From NCBI RefSeq assembly GCF_003704095.1, contig NW_020846595.1:372001-436000 (forward strand): a stretch of DNA of 64,000 nt. The letters are read 5' to 3'. The notes beneath the pieces were generated by a model. That model was not told the DNA's origin, made no database searches, and was given only the letters and a program-made list of their open reading frames with translations. The position numbers and the translations under genes are program-made. Positions 13,601-27,900 of the stretch are shown piece by piece. This DNA comes from Pocillopora damicornis. Taxonomy: Eukaryota. The first letter of the stretch is position 1, and the number at the start of each line of letters is the position of its first letter.

Positions 13601-16600
13601 AGTATTCTCACTACCTGTTTGCTGGACGATGTATGGATGAACAGATTTTGAGCTTGTAGCTATAAGAAGCATTCATAATGATGTTCTTTCAAACCATTGA
13701 TTTTCTTCAATCTTGATTCAGGCAGAGCATTATTTCCGCCTCTTACTAAGAGACTTGTTGTCACAGGAAACTCCTAAGGTGAGTGGCAATTAAATCTTTA
13801 GTGTTGCAAATCATTAAATGCGTAACAAATTATATCTCAATAATTATGGCAGGAACATCTGTAAAGGCCAACTAGGGGAAGTATTTATCGGCCATGGTAA
13901 AGATGTTTGTCATCGTTTTAACAGCTGTGAAATTAATTCTCTGGCAGAGTTGGTATCTGTCAAAGACAGAGACAATCTCAGGCAAAACTTTTAAGTAGAG
14001 ACATTTAATGCAAGATTAGTAGAATATTTCTGTTGCTTTTTTGGTAACCTCACACATATACAATGTTTAGGTGTGAAGAAGCATTAGGAGAACTGATAGT
14101 TTCACAAATACTGTTATTACTGGGCTTTAGCGGTGATGGTCAACAGTTTAATAAAAGGCATGTTAAAGAAAGATGGTTTGTAGTCAGGTCACAAATGTGG
14201 GACAGAGAAAACAAAGTCCTAGTCTCCTTCCAGTTCCTAATTTCTGAGTTTCAATTTCTTGTGGGGATTCAGAATTTTTTCTTTATCCCAAGCTCTTGAT
14301 CCGACAAAAAACATACTTTCTCATTCCATTACAAAGCTTCAAGTGTGCCATCTTTCCTATTCTAAAAAAAAGTGGTGCTGCAACATTATTGGGTGCTCTG
14401 TTTCTTTGTATCAAAGGATGATGATAGTGTCATTGAGGTGTCACTGAAGCTGGCTCTTGCATGTGCTCATCAAGACAAGTGAGTAAAGTCAGATAGAGAA
14501 AAGTAAATTACTTAAAATGTTGTTGTTATTTGGGGCAGGCTACCTGGTGAGCTGTTTACCAACTAAAACAGACGGATTGGTTTCAGTACCAGAGAGATTT
14601 GCCATCTCTGTCAAGCAAAATTGGCCCCCATTTTGTCTGAAACTAAAAACATTGGAGTAAAAAATTTCATTAACTGCCTACTTTGCAGTTTTTGCTGTGT
14701 ACTTCAAATTTATTGAAACCCAAGACGCTTTGTATTCATTGAGACTGTTTTGCAATACTTTTCAACAGACTCTTTCTTATTTTACAGGCATGCTCTAGCC
14801 ACACAAGGTTTCCAGTGGGCTACCAGTACAATACAAAAGAAAGTGGATGAGCTACCAGCTACAACAGACAATAGGTTGGTAATTATAATCATGTTGCAAT
14901 TGAAAAATGGTTTGCTCTACCAGTATCATTATTGTTATTATTTTCAGCTTCTTTACTTATTCCCATACCTTGAGCACAGGCAGACCACGCTATGTGTTCG
15001 TGGTTAATGATTGTTGACATGAGACAAACAAAATCTATGAGGGTTATAAATAAAGCTCTGAAAATTGCAGACCTAAATTACATCTTGGTCTGAATATCTT
15101 AATAACGTTAAATAGAATGTTAATCAACTCATTTGTGGTATTTTTTGCCTTCATGGGCCGTTTTAAGTGTCTTTGTATGAAATTACTTTTTGAGGAAGAG
15201 AAGGTCGCGGCTGGCGGCCACCAAGTTGCAAGCCTTGCCTCCCTTTCCAAAAGTAATTTCGTTAAAATATTTTGTTCGTCTCATGTCAACAATTATTAAC
15301 CACGTAGACAAAGCGTGGTGTGCCTGTGGCTTGAGTGCCTAGATAAGGTTACGAAACAAGAACTTTACAATTTATTCCGCTCTTATCTGGCTTATTTAGT
15401 GCGTGTCTTTTGTTTCAGTAAGGCACTGTTAGGTGTGTGTCTAGAAGGTTGGGGCACTTATCTACTGGCTCACGATAAGCCCGCACAAGCAGCCCAACTG
15501 TTATCAAAAGCCTTGAATATTTCCAAGGAGGTGTTGGGAGAAGACCATGAACAGGTAGGAACAGTACATTGGGGAACAGAACATTGTGTCTTTGGGAAAC
15601 CGTCTGACAATAGTCCTTAGAGCAAATAAATGACAATATTTCTCGGAGGGATTCAACATGGAGTGAAATATTTTTAGGTATGCCTCATTTGGAATTACCA
15701 CCCTCTTGTTGTTTTCAATTCCCTTAGGTTTAATCAATATTCCCTGTCCATACCAAGACAGACGCTATCTAGGTTTAGTCAGTATATAAAGCAGTGGACA
15801 GCGTTGAAGGCGCGCTCTGATTGGCTCCTCAAACACTTCAAATCCCCTGCTATTCGCCTCTGAGCAACTCGTGAGTTCCGCATTGCCGGAACAAATTAGT
15901 TTAACTCATCTTTTTGTGCTAATATATCTCACTGGTTTAGTATTAGTTAAACAACTTTTCTTCTCAGTGTTAGTGGCTGGTGGTGGATATCCACCTCGCC
16001 GCTTTGTGGCTCGGTAAATAACTGTCACCAGCCACCTTCACTTGGGTGAATAGTTGTTAGTTATACCTAGCATTATTTTTTCGGTCTTGGTAAATGTATG
16101 TGTATTTTTTATTTATTTATTATTATTTTTTTTAGCTTTTCAATTAATTATTTTTCATGTTGATGCAAACCCTACGATTGATTTTGATTTTTGTTCCATT
16201 AAGACGACAGTGATCCTTAACAACCTTGCAAAAGCCCACGCGGAAAGTGGCAACTATGAACACGCAGAAGAACTTGCTAGAGAAGCGATACGCATCGCCG
16301 AGAAGACACAAAGCACACATCTCTCTCGGTTTATGGCCAACCTGGGAACAATTCTTAATTTGGAAGGTATGATCTAAAAACTTGATAAATTAGAGTTGAT
16401 TCTTTCACGGGATAGCTAGCCTGCAGACACACTCTCCGTACTTGTGGTGAGGCGTGCACGAAGAACGAGTGACCCGCAAGAGGAAAAGTACGAAAAAAAA
16501 ATCCTCTCGCGCGTGATCTCCTTCGCACACAAGGTTGCTCAACTGAAGAAAAACGAAGGGGTGTACCTTTCTTTTAAAGACACCATGGCCCGCGCAATTT

Positions 16601-16792
16601 CTCTGGTGGACTCTTCCCTTTTCCTTACCCTTTCTGATGATTTTTGAAAATAATTTTCTCCCCTCAGGAAATGTAGTGAAAGCTAAGGAAGCTTTGAAGA
16701 GTGCGCTGAAACTAGCAAACGAAGCCAAGGACGAAGAAACTAAAGAAATGATTCATAACAGTTTGACTGAGATGGACAGTAGTCCCTCATAA
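10692..16792 (+). CDS. TTC19: Tetratricopeptide repeat protein 19, mitochondrial (complex III assembly factor)
   Basis: Exons 10692-~10944 (R/S-rich presequence MPRVSRY...), 11811-11954, 12845-13015, 13378-13416 (LANLTFE), 13722-13778, 14417-14478 (DDDSVIEVSLKLA, matching the TTC19 motif D.AIIEISLKLA), 14788-14874 (A.QGFQWA), 15419-15554 (VLGEDHEQ), 16204-16366 (TTVILNNLA) and 16668-16792. The exon 1/2 junction is uncertain. Confidence 0.88.
12166..12596. mobile_element. Two adjacent copies of the TTAA MITE (12166-12376 and 12402-12596)
   Basis: TTAACCCTTTAACTCCC...TAAAGGGTTAA and TTAACCTTTTCACTCC...GAAGGGTTAA, with the same internal sequence as 4831-5040. Confidence 0.8.
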
Positions 16793-17366
16793 TGAATCAA
16801 GAATTGTGTCGATTCTGTTAGAAAAGGAGAATTTTATAGAGGTCGAGATGTTACAGTAATGGGACGCTTTTTGACAAACTAGAGCGCTGCTCAAGCAATA
16901 GACCACACTTTCTATCCGTTTACCGGCGCGGAATGTCGAAAGAACACTGAAAAAAATTGTAAAAAAAGAGCTAAATGGGTTTTTTACGCCGGTGAACCGA
17001 TAGAAAGGGCAGTGTGTTTCTATGGTTTACTGGTGCAATAAACGATAGGATTTTGACCAATTAGGGCGCTCGTATTGTAGTCTCTCGTTTATTTAGTAAT
17101 TTCTAATGGTCAGAGGCAAAGAAAAGTAGGGACGGGAAGGAGTGAACATATCTGCTTTTTGTGCCCGTCTGCCTGTGTTTATTCCGTGACCTACATGAAC
17201 TAACTAAACATCTAATGGCGTTCGTGACAAGCACGAAACACAAACTGAATCGTTCAACAAATTTGGCTCTTCCAGCCTTAACGCAACATTATGAGAAAAT
17301 TCAGCAATCTCCCAGTCAAACAAATTGTACAATAATGTATTTTCCAAAGCGTGAGTTGAAGCCTTT

Positions 17367-20300
17367 TCATTTCCTGGTCTCGAAAGCAGTACCTGAAAAG
17401 TAAACAAACACTGAAATGTAAACATTTTCCCATATGTGATCCATACACTAAGATAAAGTACCACGAAAGACTTCAAACATCTGTTTCGAGCGAGGGACAG
17501 AAAGAAACATCTGCGTCAACCTTGCCGATTTGAAATCAAGTTCTTACGATTACGCGTTCCGGCTCGGATGTTGAAATAGCAAAAGAATTCTCCTGACAAT
17601 AGCCAATAATAGCCATGCGAGACGCGCCTTTCTCTGCCCTTAGAGAAATATGTGACGAGTCAGGGAGAGGCTTGCCGGGAATCTGGCTAATACTCAATGA
17701 CAGACCCTTTGCAGACTGCGAGTGTCTCGCCAGCTGGCGGACGAAGGAACATTTGAACCGAAGCGCTGATCATGAGGGCCTGCACGCAATGTAATGCTCT
17801 AATAACCGAACTACGTGAGTACTTATCATAACACAACGTAGCCGCGGTAACGTAACATTACATAACGTAACACAGCACGACAATATTTATTCAAGATTAA
17901 GAAACCACAGAAAACTTTTAGGCGTGGTATACCATATACGAGCTTCTCTACAGCTCGAGAAAACATTTTTTACTTTAGGAATGAATTGTTTGAATATTTC
18001 TGATTGTTCTAGAAATACCTGTCTTTGGAAAGCAGAAATCCCATTCGCGCTTATCAATTCCCTCTTTCTCGTTTAGATCACACGACTTGAGAAAGCCATA
18101 GAGACATGGCTCGAAATCAAGAACGTCAGAAAATACATCTTGAATTTCCGCTGTATCCAGAACGTTATTTTTGTCCCGGTCAATGTACTCAAATTCCCAC
18201 TGAAATAAAAGAAGGAATGAAAAAATTTCAATAAAGGATATGATGCGAGGCCCTTTTCGGATTGTCTTGAGTAACTTGTANNNNNNNNNNNNNNNNNNNN
18301 NNNNNNNNNNNNNNNNNNNNNNNNNNNNNNNNNNNNNNNNNNNNNNNNNNNNNNNNNNNNNNNNNNNNNNNNNNNNNNNNAGGATAGTGAGGAAAAATAA
18401 CAACACTTCCTCCCTTCCTACCATTCTTCTCACCCTACACCGGTTAGGATGTCACTGGCTTTAAGCTCTCATCAATCTCATGCAATCAACAGTAAACGTT
18501 TAAAAAAACTAACGGAAAAATACGAATCGAGAAAAACCAGAGGGTTAAAAAGACTTGTCGGTTTTCATGATTTCTCACTTTCTTCTATTAATTAAACTCG
18601 TATATCTTCGTCAACGACTTATCACAAGATAACTGGTAGATTAAGTAACATCTGCTTCACTTACTCTCTGTCGGGCACTTTCCTCGGTTCATTACTTTCA
18701 TTGTCAGGTCGTGTGCGCATGCGTACCTGTGCATTTCGCATTGGTTGTTGAACTCTCTATGATAAAAGCTACAAACCGGTTCAGGGTCTGCTGAACATTC
18801 TTTTGGACACTCGCAAGTAGTGTAGTTTTCACCGCTGTCCGTGGAGGACCAACACATTCGCCCCCTTGGACAGACCACACCCTTACAAGGATCTTCGTCC
18901 TGTCCGTGCACCTGATAGAGTAAAATACATGGGCTCGCATTGTGTTGGTACAGCATTCTTAATCCGTTTTAAACTATATATATCCTGCTTAGCTTGTTTA
19001 TGTGAATTTCTCGAGCCTCCATCTCCTTTTTCCAGGTACCTACAGCTCCACCGTTAAAAAAAAAAAAACTCTCAAAACGACCTCGCAGATCATAGAAACT
19101 AGGCGAAACAAAATAAAGTAGCAGACGGCCACGAAAAAAAATGTTTACGAGTTCCGGGGTAGCGAGGTATTTCCCTTTTGGACTCGCGCTGCGTCATAAT
19201 TGTGCCGCGATAGACTGACTGTTCAAAGTCTTTCATGAGCCATTCTTTTTAGACTCGCGCTACGGATTTATTGTGCCGAGATAGACTGACTGTTCAAAGT
19301 CTATCATGAGTCATTTGCATTTCTCGGTCCAGTGTCCGGAAGAAAGCTGCGGGGAGATGTGTTTTTCTCGAGTGGATCAGGTATCACGCCCATGTGCAAA
19401 GACCACCCTGATAGGTCCTAAAGCCGACCGCTTAAGCTTGATATTCGAGACGACTGAGAGCTATTTAGCGGATTTGTAACATGCTAAACAAATTTAGAAC
19501 AAGAGAAGGGAAGCAGAAGTCTTAAGTCAGAGATTCGAGGATCCTAAAACCTCGATCTACGTAATTTTTATTAGTTGCTGAAAAGTCAAGGGAAAATTCA
19601 CTTCGAGAACTTAAAAGTTTTGCGGCTTTAAGGTCGCTGATGGCGGTGTCTTTCAAATTTTACCGCATTACATTCAAGAAGTTTCGTGGCAAAAACATGT
19701 ATCCAGCCGGGTTAATCCTTAAAATTGCTAAAAATATTACTTATCATATTGTCATATCTTAGAAAACAACCAGGCAGAATTAACGAATTTATGACCTGGG
19801 TCACTGCAATCAACGAAACAGCTGGTCTTTTATCATTGCTGCAATCCTTATAGAAAAAACATTTTAAAAAAATCTATACCTCATTTCCGATAAATATAGG
19901 TTTATCTTCACTATAAGGGCATTTGGGTTTCCATGATGGCTGAATTTTAAGATCTTGTAGACAGGCCCACAACAAGGTACCCTTGGAGAAATTTAATCAC
20001 TGAATTTAAATCGCTATGTTATGATCTGTGAAAGCGACGAAAGCGGCAAAGGTATTTGTGTTGAAAGATTTCTACCCAAAAGAGTTTCTGGAGCTCATTC
20101 ATACCCTCTCATGCCAGTAAGTCATCTCAGTAGGCTAGTATGCTTTAAAAAAAATTCAATGAAAAAATCTAAAAAACGCTGCAAAACATTTGCAAATCAA
20201 AGCAGAAACAGCTCATCGAATACCAGAACCTCCGATGATTCAAAGGTATTCGGTATCAAAATATCAAGAGGATTTGAAGCATTTACTCAAGCATTCTATT

Positions 20301-21422
20301 TTACGCCCATTAAAAACTCAAGAGGTTTCAATAACTTTCAAGAGCTTTTTAGACAGAATCCAGCTCAGAGTCTGTTATGGATTCCTTTACAAGAAATCAG
20401 CTGGCTTACAGGTTATGGATAATGATTTCCTAAACGGTACGAAAAATGTACGTTCCAGTTAACTGTATAAATCGATATTAAATAAAAAAACTCGCTCTCA
20501 ACAGGAAAACCTGTACCAAAGGGAATTTCGTTTGTATCGAGAGGTGGAATTTTCCTCTAAATTTGACTTCTGAAACTAATGAGGTAGGCGAGATAGGTTC
20601 CAGATGAATTAGGAACTGACCTCCTTTGTCTTGATTGAGTGTCATAACAATCATCAATCACTGATATTTTTGTTAATTTTTCAAAATTCCCCAAGGTACT
20701 TAGAGGTGTTTACACTAGGCGAAAGGAAATTCTTCGGTATGTTTTCTTTGCAAAAGCTCGGCCATTTTGAGTTAAGAAACTGGTGAATACAAAAATGTGT
20801 TCTAGTCAATCGACAAGGGAAATCTGTTAACAAGGAACGTTATCGTTTCTGCTCTTATTGAGAAAAGTTATAAACATCAATCTCTAAATATCTGTAAGAA
20901 TAAATATTGATCGTGCAAACTCTCACACAGGAATTATCAATGCACTTGAAAATGCAGCTTCTCTCGAGGTGGAAAGTTCTGATTTAGTCCGTGAGTCAGA
21001 ATTACCATAAATAGGTCAGATATCAATGATTCTGCTTAGTACACATGGGGCGCCATAAGTGTGGCTTGGGACGAAAAAAACCCGTCCGTTTGTTGAGCAT
21101 TTTGTTTTACATCCCTCGAAGAAAGCAGCTTTTCCGATCGATTAATCCACTCTAGAAAAACAGTTATCCAGCATTATTTGAAGTAAGCCTCTTGCTAAAC
21201 AACCGCGCAATAGTGCTTCACTCAGTCGGTTTCCAACACCGAGAGTTCATTTTTTGTCACTTTGATTTTGTCATCAATGCTTATTCGTTCTTAACCCTCC
21301 TAATCGATAGTATCATAAAGACGGCAAGGAGTTCATTCTAAACAGGCATTCAACGTGCTCACCTGGCAGATGCAAAATAAACACAGAAGCACGGAGATGT
21401 AAAAAAGCCTCTCGGTCTCCAT
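17367..21422 (-). CDS. SPARC/BM-40 family secreted protein (signal peptide, follistatin-Kazal, EF-hand EC domain)
   Basis: Exon 21422-21363 is a signal peptide (METERLFYISVLLCLFCICQ). Exon 18911-18665 is FOLN+Kazal (DPCKGVVCPRGRMC...CECPKEC...PVCS...FNNQCEMHRYAC). Exon 18199-18019 is the EC domain (WEFEYIDRDKNNVLD...EPCLYGFLKSCDLNEKEGIDKREWDFCF). The last exon is 17392-17367 (GTAFETRK*). Exon(s) are probably hidden in gap 18281-18380. Confidence 0.87.
19181..19310. repeat. Tandem duplication of a ~71-bp unit
   Basis: GACTCGCGCT...TTGTGCCG.GATAGACTGACTGTTCAAAGTCT.TCATGAG occurs twice. Confidence 0.85.
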
Positions 21423-24400
21423 TTTCTTCCAAATCGTTGCGGATTCAAGCCGCCACCTAGAGTTCTGTTGATGTTCCAAGTTAAATGATCTTCTCGCAAC
21501 ACGCCAGGGCGTTGAAAATATCTCCGCTACTTCGCTTTTATCATAAAGAGGCGTTCACTTATTAGTCTGGTATGGCTATGTAACATGAGAAATGATCAGA
21601 GCGGAAGCTCTCTCAATTCAGTTATTTGATGTGGAGAGCATTTATCTGATCAACCACGGGCTGCCGAGAGAATTCCCACAGCTTCGCATAGCAATCGTAC
21701 TAACCTGCCTTGTTTTCCAGAGGAAGTTTTTTTTGATAACATCGAGATAAATTATTGCGGTTAGACTTTATCTCTGTTTTCTTTCGTCCTTGTCATTGTT
21801 GGCACAGACAGTCGAAGACCAAGTCTACAGTACCTGAACTACTGAAACAATTTCTTGACAACAAAGAATCATTGATGGTTTTTAATTGTTTGAGCAGATT
21901 GTGTTATCTTACTGCAGTGCCGATGTCCTAATGGCCAAAAAAAGGTTTAATTAGTTTCGCCAGTATATTTTTTCTACACTAATCACTTTAGTGTAAACTT
22001 CATCCTCAAGAGAAAACCACATACTAAACCTTTTTATTATGAGTATTTGAGACTGCAAAAGTGAAGACTTTTACTGACCGGAAAAGTGCACTACAACATC
22101 GCGCGGAAACTAACTCCGTTTTCTCCTTCCAGAAGGGAATTTTAAAAAATTACTCCTTCAGCATAACTGCCTGAAGGTATAACTTCAATTTGACCTCTTT
22201 GTTTATTTTGTAAATTGTCATCGTCTATTAACTGGAATCAAAATACTTTAAAACTTTTCTTGGTGTTTATTTTAGTAAATAGGGTGATCTTGACCCTATG
22301 CTAAGGCTAAATATTATATAGACCACACACTAGACAGTCATTAAAGTTCACAGAAGTTCGTCCAATTAAACTTATTGACAATATCAGATGCATTTTCAGA
22401 GATGCCAGGTGATTTCAATTTGAGAAGTGCAAATGGTTTACGGTCGTTTCGTTACCGAGAGAAATCGAAGTCGTTTGGCCTCAGATAATAAGTCGTTTCG
22501 CTCCAGGAGTAAACTTTTGAAAGCTTTTCCCAACAGTTTACCTCAATATGAACACTAAAAAAAGGGCTCCAACATTTTAGAAAAAGATGTGAATTTTCTC
22601 ATGACGAGCACGTGTTAAAGAGAAAAACCCAAAACCCAACAAAGATTTAAAGCTTGGACCCTCACGCTTCGATGCTCTACCACTGTCGATATTCAGGGTT
22701 ACCGGTCACTTCTCCGACATGATAACTGGCTGACGCCATTAATTTAAGAACTCACGGACACCAATGGTCCACTCGCCAACAGTAATGGGGAATTTAAGAA
22801 ACGACGACGACGACGGCGATGCCGTGGACAACGTCGGTTAAAACGCGAACCTTTATTTTACCTACGAATCTCGCGATATACTCAAAAGTCATTTAATTTG
22901 TTTTTCACGGTCAAAACTATCTCGAAACTGAAAATGGAACACAGCTTTAAATTAGAAATAGAAATTTAAAAAATTAGCCGTAGATGTTCACGTTCTCCAG
23001 ACAGCGCAAAGTTTGGTCATTACACGTTGTTGTTTTGCAGAGGACGCAGAGAAATCTACAAAAATTTTTAACGCACGTAAACAGTCATCATTCGTCAGTC
23101 AGTCATTACAACAGTAATCTCTTAGTTAATCATTTCCTAATTTTCGATTGTCATTAACAAAACTTTAATAAAGTAACAACACTGCAACAAAGCTTTGAGG
23201 TATATTATTAAATAGAAGACAAATACAAGGCCTAGATACCTTAATCCAGTAAAAGAAAAGTAGAGGTCTTGCACGGTTATTGTAGATCTTGTATGTATAT
23301 ATATACACTATTTCCTTTTTTTTTTGCATTATTTTGTTTTTATTAATGTTTATTTTAATTATTGTTTCTAGAATATATAAGCTAATTCTCTGTAATTCCA
23401 TATGAACTTGATACGTATATCTACTCTGGCTACTAAGTAGCTCATAAAAGCAAACAAATTTCATCTAATTCTATCATTACTTTAACAATAAATAACAGTA
23501 AATACATTTCATCTGCATGTCAAAAAATTCCTAATTATTTACCATTCGTTTGGCGCATAAGGGGTCGCAAAAAACTGTTCATCCTGCCAAAAAAATTAAA
23601 CAACATCTTATTTGAAGGTAACCAGTTAATATTATTTCATTGGTTACTCTGTCTATTACAAAATATATAACAATAATTGAGACTTAAGCACAGACTGGAT
23701 GCTTGTCCAAAGTGTTCTATAATTATACCAAGTATGAATGAATGTCTGTCTTAAGAAATTGCTCAATGACATGTAAATATGACCCTATCGCATCCAAATA
23801 ATTTGGTAAACAGGGTGTCATATTAATAGTTGTGCCATTGTCTTGAGAGTTAAGTTTGCTTAAATAACTTACATATATTACCACAAATAGTAAGTATTCC
23901 ACTTCTAATAATATATAAAGATTCCAGAGAACACTGAAACAAAAAGCGTTATATAAAACACCAGCAGTTTAACACAGGGAGCTGCAAATAGATGCATAAA
24001 TAATCATAAAGACAGATGCTTTTCAGGGACACAAACTCTGCCAATACAATGCCCTTTGAAATAAACAATAATCATTCCACAATAGAGAAAACAATCAGCT
24101 AGCTCATTAACATACTTATTAAGCAGTTATTAAGCAGATGCATCTACTGTTAGATGTATCTGCTTTGTCTGTCAAGACTAGTTTGCATCTGGTCTTAGAC
24201 TAGTTCTAAGTGGGCACATTTTGGTCCCCTTATCTTTGAGCTGCACTGCAGGTAGATTAAGTGTTGAAAATGATAATTTTGCACTGGTACTTTGATATTC
24301 TTTGCTCCTTTACATAGTTAACATGCCTTTCCTATGAGTTTTCCATTGGCTCCATGTGAAGTTGAAAATTGTTCTGAATCACTGTCAGTGGTAGGTCAGT

Positions 24401-24456
24401 TAGTTTTGGTTTTAGGATGTACTCATCACAAAAGTGTCTACCACCCAGCAACCACA

Positions 24457-24667
24457 AACCCTTTACAACCTTACATCAGTATTCATATTCTCCCTTCTGT
24501 TCTCTATACATTTCCTAAGGTGCTGACAAGGAGAATTTACCTAACATTCAAGAGTTTCTTGAGTTAGTGATAATTTCCTTTAATCTTTTTACCTTAATGT
24601 GTAATTCAGGGTTGAGCTTTTAAGGAGAAATTAGATGCTAGTCACTCTTGGCAGTTAAAGGGTTAAA
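24457..24667. mobile_element. TTAA MITE, second subfamily (related copies at ~2003-2205 and, inverted, ~44085-44292)
   Basis: AACCCTTTACA...CATCAGTAT.CA.ATTCTC...GCTGACAAGGAGAAT...GTCACTCTT...AAAGGGTTAA is shared among the copies. Confidence 0.72.
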
Positions 24668-24914
24668 TAAATGTTTCTGACATTTGAAAGCAGAGACAAA
24701 CAAAATTGCCAATCAGCACACAAGGAAAGTGGTCTTAGAATGCTGGGAGCCCTGTGAAATATCGCACTTACATCCTAACAATTCCACAAAGGAAAGGTCA
24801 ATTAACAGGTCTCCTGTTAATGAAAAGGCACAATAACAATTGAGTTTGGAAAGGATAAGAAGTTAAATTATTGCAGCCACCTGTTTACTATGAACATCAT
24901 GCTTAAGCATTTTA

Positions 24915-27900
24915 TCATGTTTCAATTTGCTTCTGAAGTAAACTCACTACCAGATCAAGAGCTTCTTTTCGTTTTAATGTTTGTGCTGTAACACATTCTG
25001 TCAGTGCCTCCTGGAGCAAATTGTTAAAATCCCCTTCTTCAGGAGGGGAGTGTAACAGTCCTTTTCCACTTCCTATATCTGATAACACACTGCGGCAAAC
25101 AGCATAATAATTTTGATCTCGTATGACTCCTCTGCAGAGCTCAGCTGGGTGTGAGGACAAGCAATTTGTCTCTTCCCAGTCACAAACATCCACAGTCTTT
25201 TCTCTTTCGGCTATAAAATAGAGTTAGCGCAAGTCATGGTAAGGTTCTATTTCTAGATGTTTCTAATTTATCAGCAACTCTCCTTTCTGTCTGATATCAA
25301 TACATTTCTTACTATGTTAGTTCCAAGAATTTAGTTTTAAATAGATGATATCCTCTACTTTATCTTTTATTTCTTTATTCATATCAGCCATAAGTTTGAT
25401 AGTGTATGGATATCGAAAGAAGATAGTACTCCTTAGTTACCCCAGGGATAGAGGGTCAAAATGCATTTCACCTTATAGCCCCTACATTCAATCTAGATTG
25501 TTCATTAACTGACCCTAAAAAATCTATTGTCTGTTATTGCTCTTCTCACCAGTTAGTTGGTATTTGAAAGAAAAATTAATAAAGGGGGCAAGTTTCTCAA
25601 GAAACTGTGGTGCTGCATCATAGGGAGAGTAGACAAGATAATTTTGGTTTAATACACTAGAGTGGATTAGTACTTTGTCAGTTGATAGAACCAAATTTTC
25701 TTAGTATGTAAAAGAATTCAAAAACAAAATTACACAGTATTGCTAACCTTACCTTTGATACCTGAACCTGATAGATCAGCCACTAAAATTCCATCTGCAT
25801 CTTCAAGTTTCACTGTTCCATTTGATACGGCAAAATTATCCAGTGCTATCTCTGTCATATACAATCCCCAATTTTCTGGATTATTTGACAGCTGCTTTGC
25901 AATCTTGATTACTGCAAGGGCCAGCTTTGCTCTCTCTATCCAGGGATATGACAAAAAATAATCAAGAGGAAGTCCTGCATCCTCAACTATAATCACTCTG
26001 CCACAAGCTCCATAGAATTTGGGGAAAGGCCAGCCCTTTTCAGAAGGAAAAACCTACAAAAAAAGATACAAAACAGAAGAAAATATCGTACTCAATTACA
26101 ATCGATTCACTAAAATTAAAACCATGAGGATTTTAAGAACAATGATTTCTTTTTCCACTATATTTCGTTAATTTCCCTTTCAAAGAATGATTTGGGCATT
26201 GTAGATCCTAGCATTAGACATAAATTGTATTTTGGCCCACAACTTTGAACAAGTTTTGTTAGAGAATGCAAAAACTTTGGACAGTTTTTTAAAGAACGGG
26301 AGAAAAAGGCTACAAACATTCATGGATAGCATTTGCTCACCTGAAAAATTATGGGTTCCTGGTTCACATAAAGTGTGGATGTAAGTTGCAAAGTTCTAAG
26401 ACTGGTTTGGCTCTTTTGTAATATCTCTCCTATATAAATATTTTTAACTTTGGAGATGAATCTCTCTGATGGACAGTACATGGTTTCCTTCATTACACTG
26501 TAAATTAAAACATAATTGTTTTAACCTTCAACAATCAGGAATCGTTAATATGTATTGGTAACCTCTCTTTACTAAAACAATACAAACTAACAGATGATGA
26601 GAAAAAAAAAATTGTCAGCATCAGGATTTTTATCTGAAGGGGTGCACTGAGAGACAAAGAGAAGTATCGAGTTTTCATGTTCCTTTGGTTAACATGTTCC
26701 TAGAGGTGTAAGGAAATAAGATGCATGAGCCAGAATTAATTAAGCATAGTCTACGCTGCATCTCATCACTATCTTTTCTAACCAAAGTTTTTGCTCAACT
26801 TCAAGAGAATAGTTCTCACCCTTCCTCAAGAGAAAAAGAAAACACTTGCAGTCTAGCGTGCAGAAGAAAGCCCACAGCCCATGATATGCTCCAAAATTAT
26901 CCTAATGGCTTTAAAAATTGTAAGGTATTATCTTGTGAACATAGGGAGAGGTAAATTTTGCATCAGAAGTCACTTAGCGCTTCATTCCAAGGACCCCTTC
27001 ATTTGACCAAATTCTCTTCATTATCAATTTATGTTAATTTAATTTTGAGGATTGAAAAAACAAAGTTATAAAGTTGTACTTGGAGAGTACTCTGAACATA
27101 CTATATAATTATGTGTTATTGATCAAGTGTGAGGTCAAGATAGCTTGAAATTTGCTGAGTTTTTTTTAAAAACTTTTTTTATGGACTGAGACTAAGTCAA
27201 GGTTCATAAAACAATGACGCTAATATCAAGCCATCTTTACCAAAAAAAAGCTTGGTCAATAAAGGATTTATTTCAGAGCAAAAAGATTTTGCATTCAATT
27301 TTTAAGTTCATTAAGCATCAAGAATGACTTGCTTATTTCGAGAGAAGGGAAAGACAGCCAACTGTTTTGTAGCTCAATAAACCCATGGGAGTCTTTTTCC
27401 TTTTCTTTATTTTGACTGTCTTCAACCACTTTTTGCAACTCTATCAGCAACACTGCCCCAAAATTAGGAACCTTTTTGTAAGTTTTCTCCAAGGAATATT
27501 CTATCTAGCATGGGACCAAAGCAAGCAATCAAGAGCAGACAAGATGGGCCCATCTTGTCCACTCAGGTAGCTAAACAGATCACAGGATTTGCTTCATATT
27601 GCCCATGGGTACTACCAGCGGTGTAATAATAGTGATAATATGTAATACTATTCTGTCAAATAAAGTGACTCACAGAGAGACACACAAGTGGGATTTTCTA
27701 GCCATTTTGTTTGATTCTTTGTAATCTCTATTATCACTGGAAGGAAACATAACGTGTATTAAGGCTGTGCCCTTCCATAATTAAAACAATAAAACTACTT
27801 AGCGAAACCAAATGATCAGTATTAAGGAAGGTTCTTTGGGTAATCCTGATCAGTAATTAGGGTAGAGCCTCTTAACACTCTCCTTAAGAGTATAATAGGT

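Noticed and set aside
20021-20462. 133-aa and 90-aa ORFs in SPARC intron 1
   Set aside because: No domain similarity or convincing exon structure.
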